From positions 62,001 to 126,000 of the forward strand of contig NOWV01000167.1 in assembly GCA_003344405.1 (NCBI GenBank): a stretch of 64,000 nt of DNA. Direction: 5' to 3'. A model generated the notes under the pieces. The model was not told the origin of the DNA and made no database searches. It saw nothing but the letters and a program-made list of their open reading frames with translations. Source of the DNA: Trichoplax sp. H2 (Eukaryota). This document shows, piece after piece, positions 62,401 through 64,000 of the stretch. Position 1 is the stretch's first letter, and each line of letters opens with the position of its first letter. The translations under genes were made by a program, and so were the position numbers.

Positions 62401-64000
62401 ACACGAAACTTTTGTCTTGCTTCTTACTAAATATTTTCTAAATATGAAGAGTTATTAAAAGCTATAGTTTACTCTTTGATGTAAATAAATATAGCTCGAT
62501 ATTGAAGCTATCACCAAAAAATAGTAATGAATTTATGCATGAAACGTAGGATATTAGTGTATTGCCGGAAAATTATAGGAGTTATTTTTGATGTTATAGC
62601 AAATAAAGCAGTCTGGTCTGCTTAATTGAGGACTTTCCAAGTTATCGTTAACTATTTGATACAGGAAGCTCCTTCTAGTATATAGGAAAATACTGTATAT
62701 TCGGGTGTCAGATGGATAAATGCATACTCGTAAATATTTATGCGTTTAGTTTCAAAAATATTGGAGTGAGAAATACAGAAATTTGAAGGAGTGATGAAAA
62801 TTTTACCCTTGACAAAGATTTATTGCTAGAATAGGTTAAAGAGTCATATAATAATGTTATTAGTATCTCAACCGTAGGTGAATTTCGTAATTGTTTCATG
62901 ATATACTAGACAGACAGTAAATTAATTTATTTACCATATAGACATAATGATAAATTTATTTCTCAATGGGGAGTATTTATCAGAAAATGCTATGCTGGAT
63001 ATGTGGTTGATTAAAAATAAATAATAGCTTCCATTTCAGCTTATAGTGCAGAAAGTAATGATCCCCAAATCTTAATTACAGGCATATTTCTTGATCGTAA
63101 ATGATCTAGATACGTTAGTTTTATCAATTCATCTGAAACCATCAAATGGAATATCTTTTTCGACTTACTTCAGCGGATATTGCTGTTGGTATAGATCAGC
63201 ATTCGACACTTTTACAAGCATTTTGTAGCAGTAGCTATAACCTTAACTGTATAGTATCTATTATAATTAATTATAGAAGTCACATAATGATAACAAACCT
63301 TGGAAATGCATCATTCCTAGCCAATTATGGCTAGGCTCAAGTTATAAAATAATCGTCTACTTGTAGTACTTTGTATATGTAAGATGGGCGTAGCTTGCCT
63401 GGCCTTTGCAAGCTCAGCAGGTGTAAAAAATTGCAGACAATACAGTCTTTGCCTAGAGCAGGAATTATCGAAGAGAGATAAAGACAGACTTAAAAAAGTG
63501 CAATAGTATTTAGATGGCAGTATATTATTTTTTTCTTTATTATATGAGGCTTGTATTATGATACTGAACCTAATTAATAAAATCAAAGATATGTGCTATG
63601 CTATAGATTTTTCATTGCATATTTTTCAGGCTATCAGGTCAGAATTAATCCTATTTTATTATAAACTAAGTTGCAGGCGATCTCGTTTACTTCCCTTATT
63701 TTGTATTCAAGATAGCGCTTTTTTATATAATTTTAAAATGCCACCTTATCTGAAATTTTCTCGCAATTCGTGACTGAGATGATTTAATATCGTTAAATTG
63801 AAAAAGATGTAATGCTAGGGTAAGGAGAAGGCGGAGTTTGTATCATAATTATGCATTGCTTGATCTCCTTAAACGCATTATAAATATGCCATACATAAGA
63901 ATAATGTATTCTATGCTCTTATATATATTATAAATGTTGTGATGCGTCTTCGTTTACGTTTGATCTTCACCCAATATAGGCATCCTGCTTGTATTGCATT

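Noticed and set aside
59500-64000. Short ORFs of 60-90 aa, and a basic KRKRRR stretch near 63945-63965
   Set aside because: AT-rich, I/L/F/Y-biased translations typical of non-coding DNA, with no domain similarity. The window edge prevents assessing the last segment.

Overview
This is eukaryotic, AT-rich, intron-dense animal genomic DNA. The very short GT-AG introns and the gene content suggest an early-branching metazoan such as a placozoan, but that is inference. The ORF track mostly shows exon fragments, so I assembled gene models by hand from splice sites and reading frame. (1) A neurobeachin/LRBA (BEACH-WD40) gene runs on + from before base 1 to 21074. Its only large intron (11042-16558, inside the PH domain) holds an antisense, intronless mab-21 gene, the known nested Nbea/Lrba-Mab21 arrangement. 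This Mab-21 has lost the acidic EFE residues of the nucleotidyltransferase site. (2) Two tandem 8-exon paralogues on - (22374-34671 and 40170-46322) each encode a signal peptide, two GDPD domains and a GPI-anchor-like tail. This architecture is unlike the canonical single-domain animal GDE enzymes. They show an intron-preserving internal duplication, apparent exon-4 gene conversion, and loss of a catalytic His in one domain. (3) A PAS-A/PAS-B protein gene on - (50828 to about 57131) has no bHLH exon that I could find. (4) There is a hAT-like MITE hairpin in a neurobeachin intron, about a dozen unrelated degenerate tandem arrays (70-290 bp units) and a nested palindrome. No rRNA, tRNA or CRISPR is supported.
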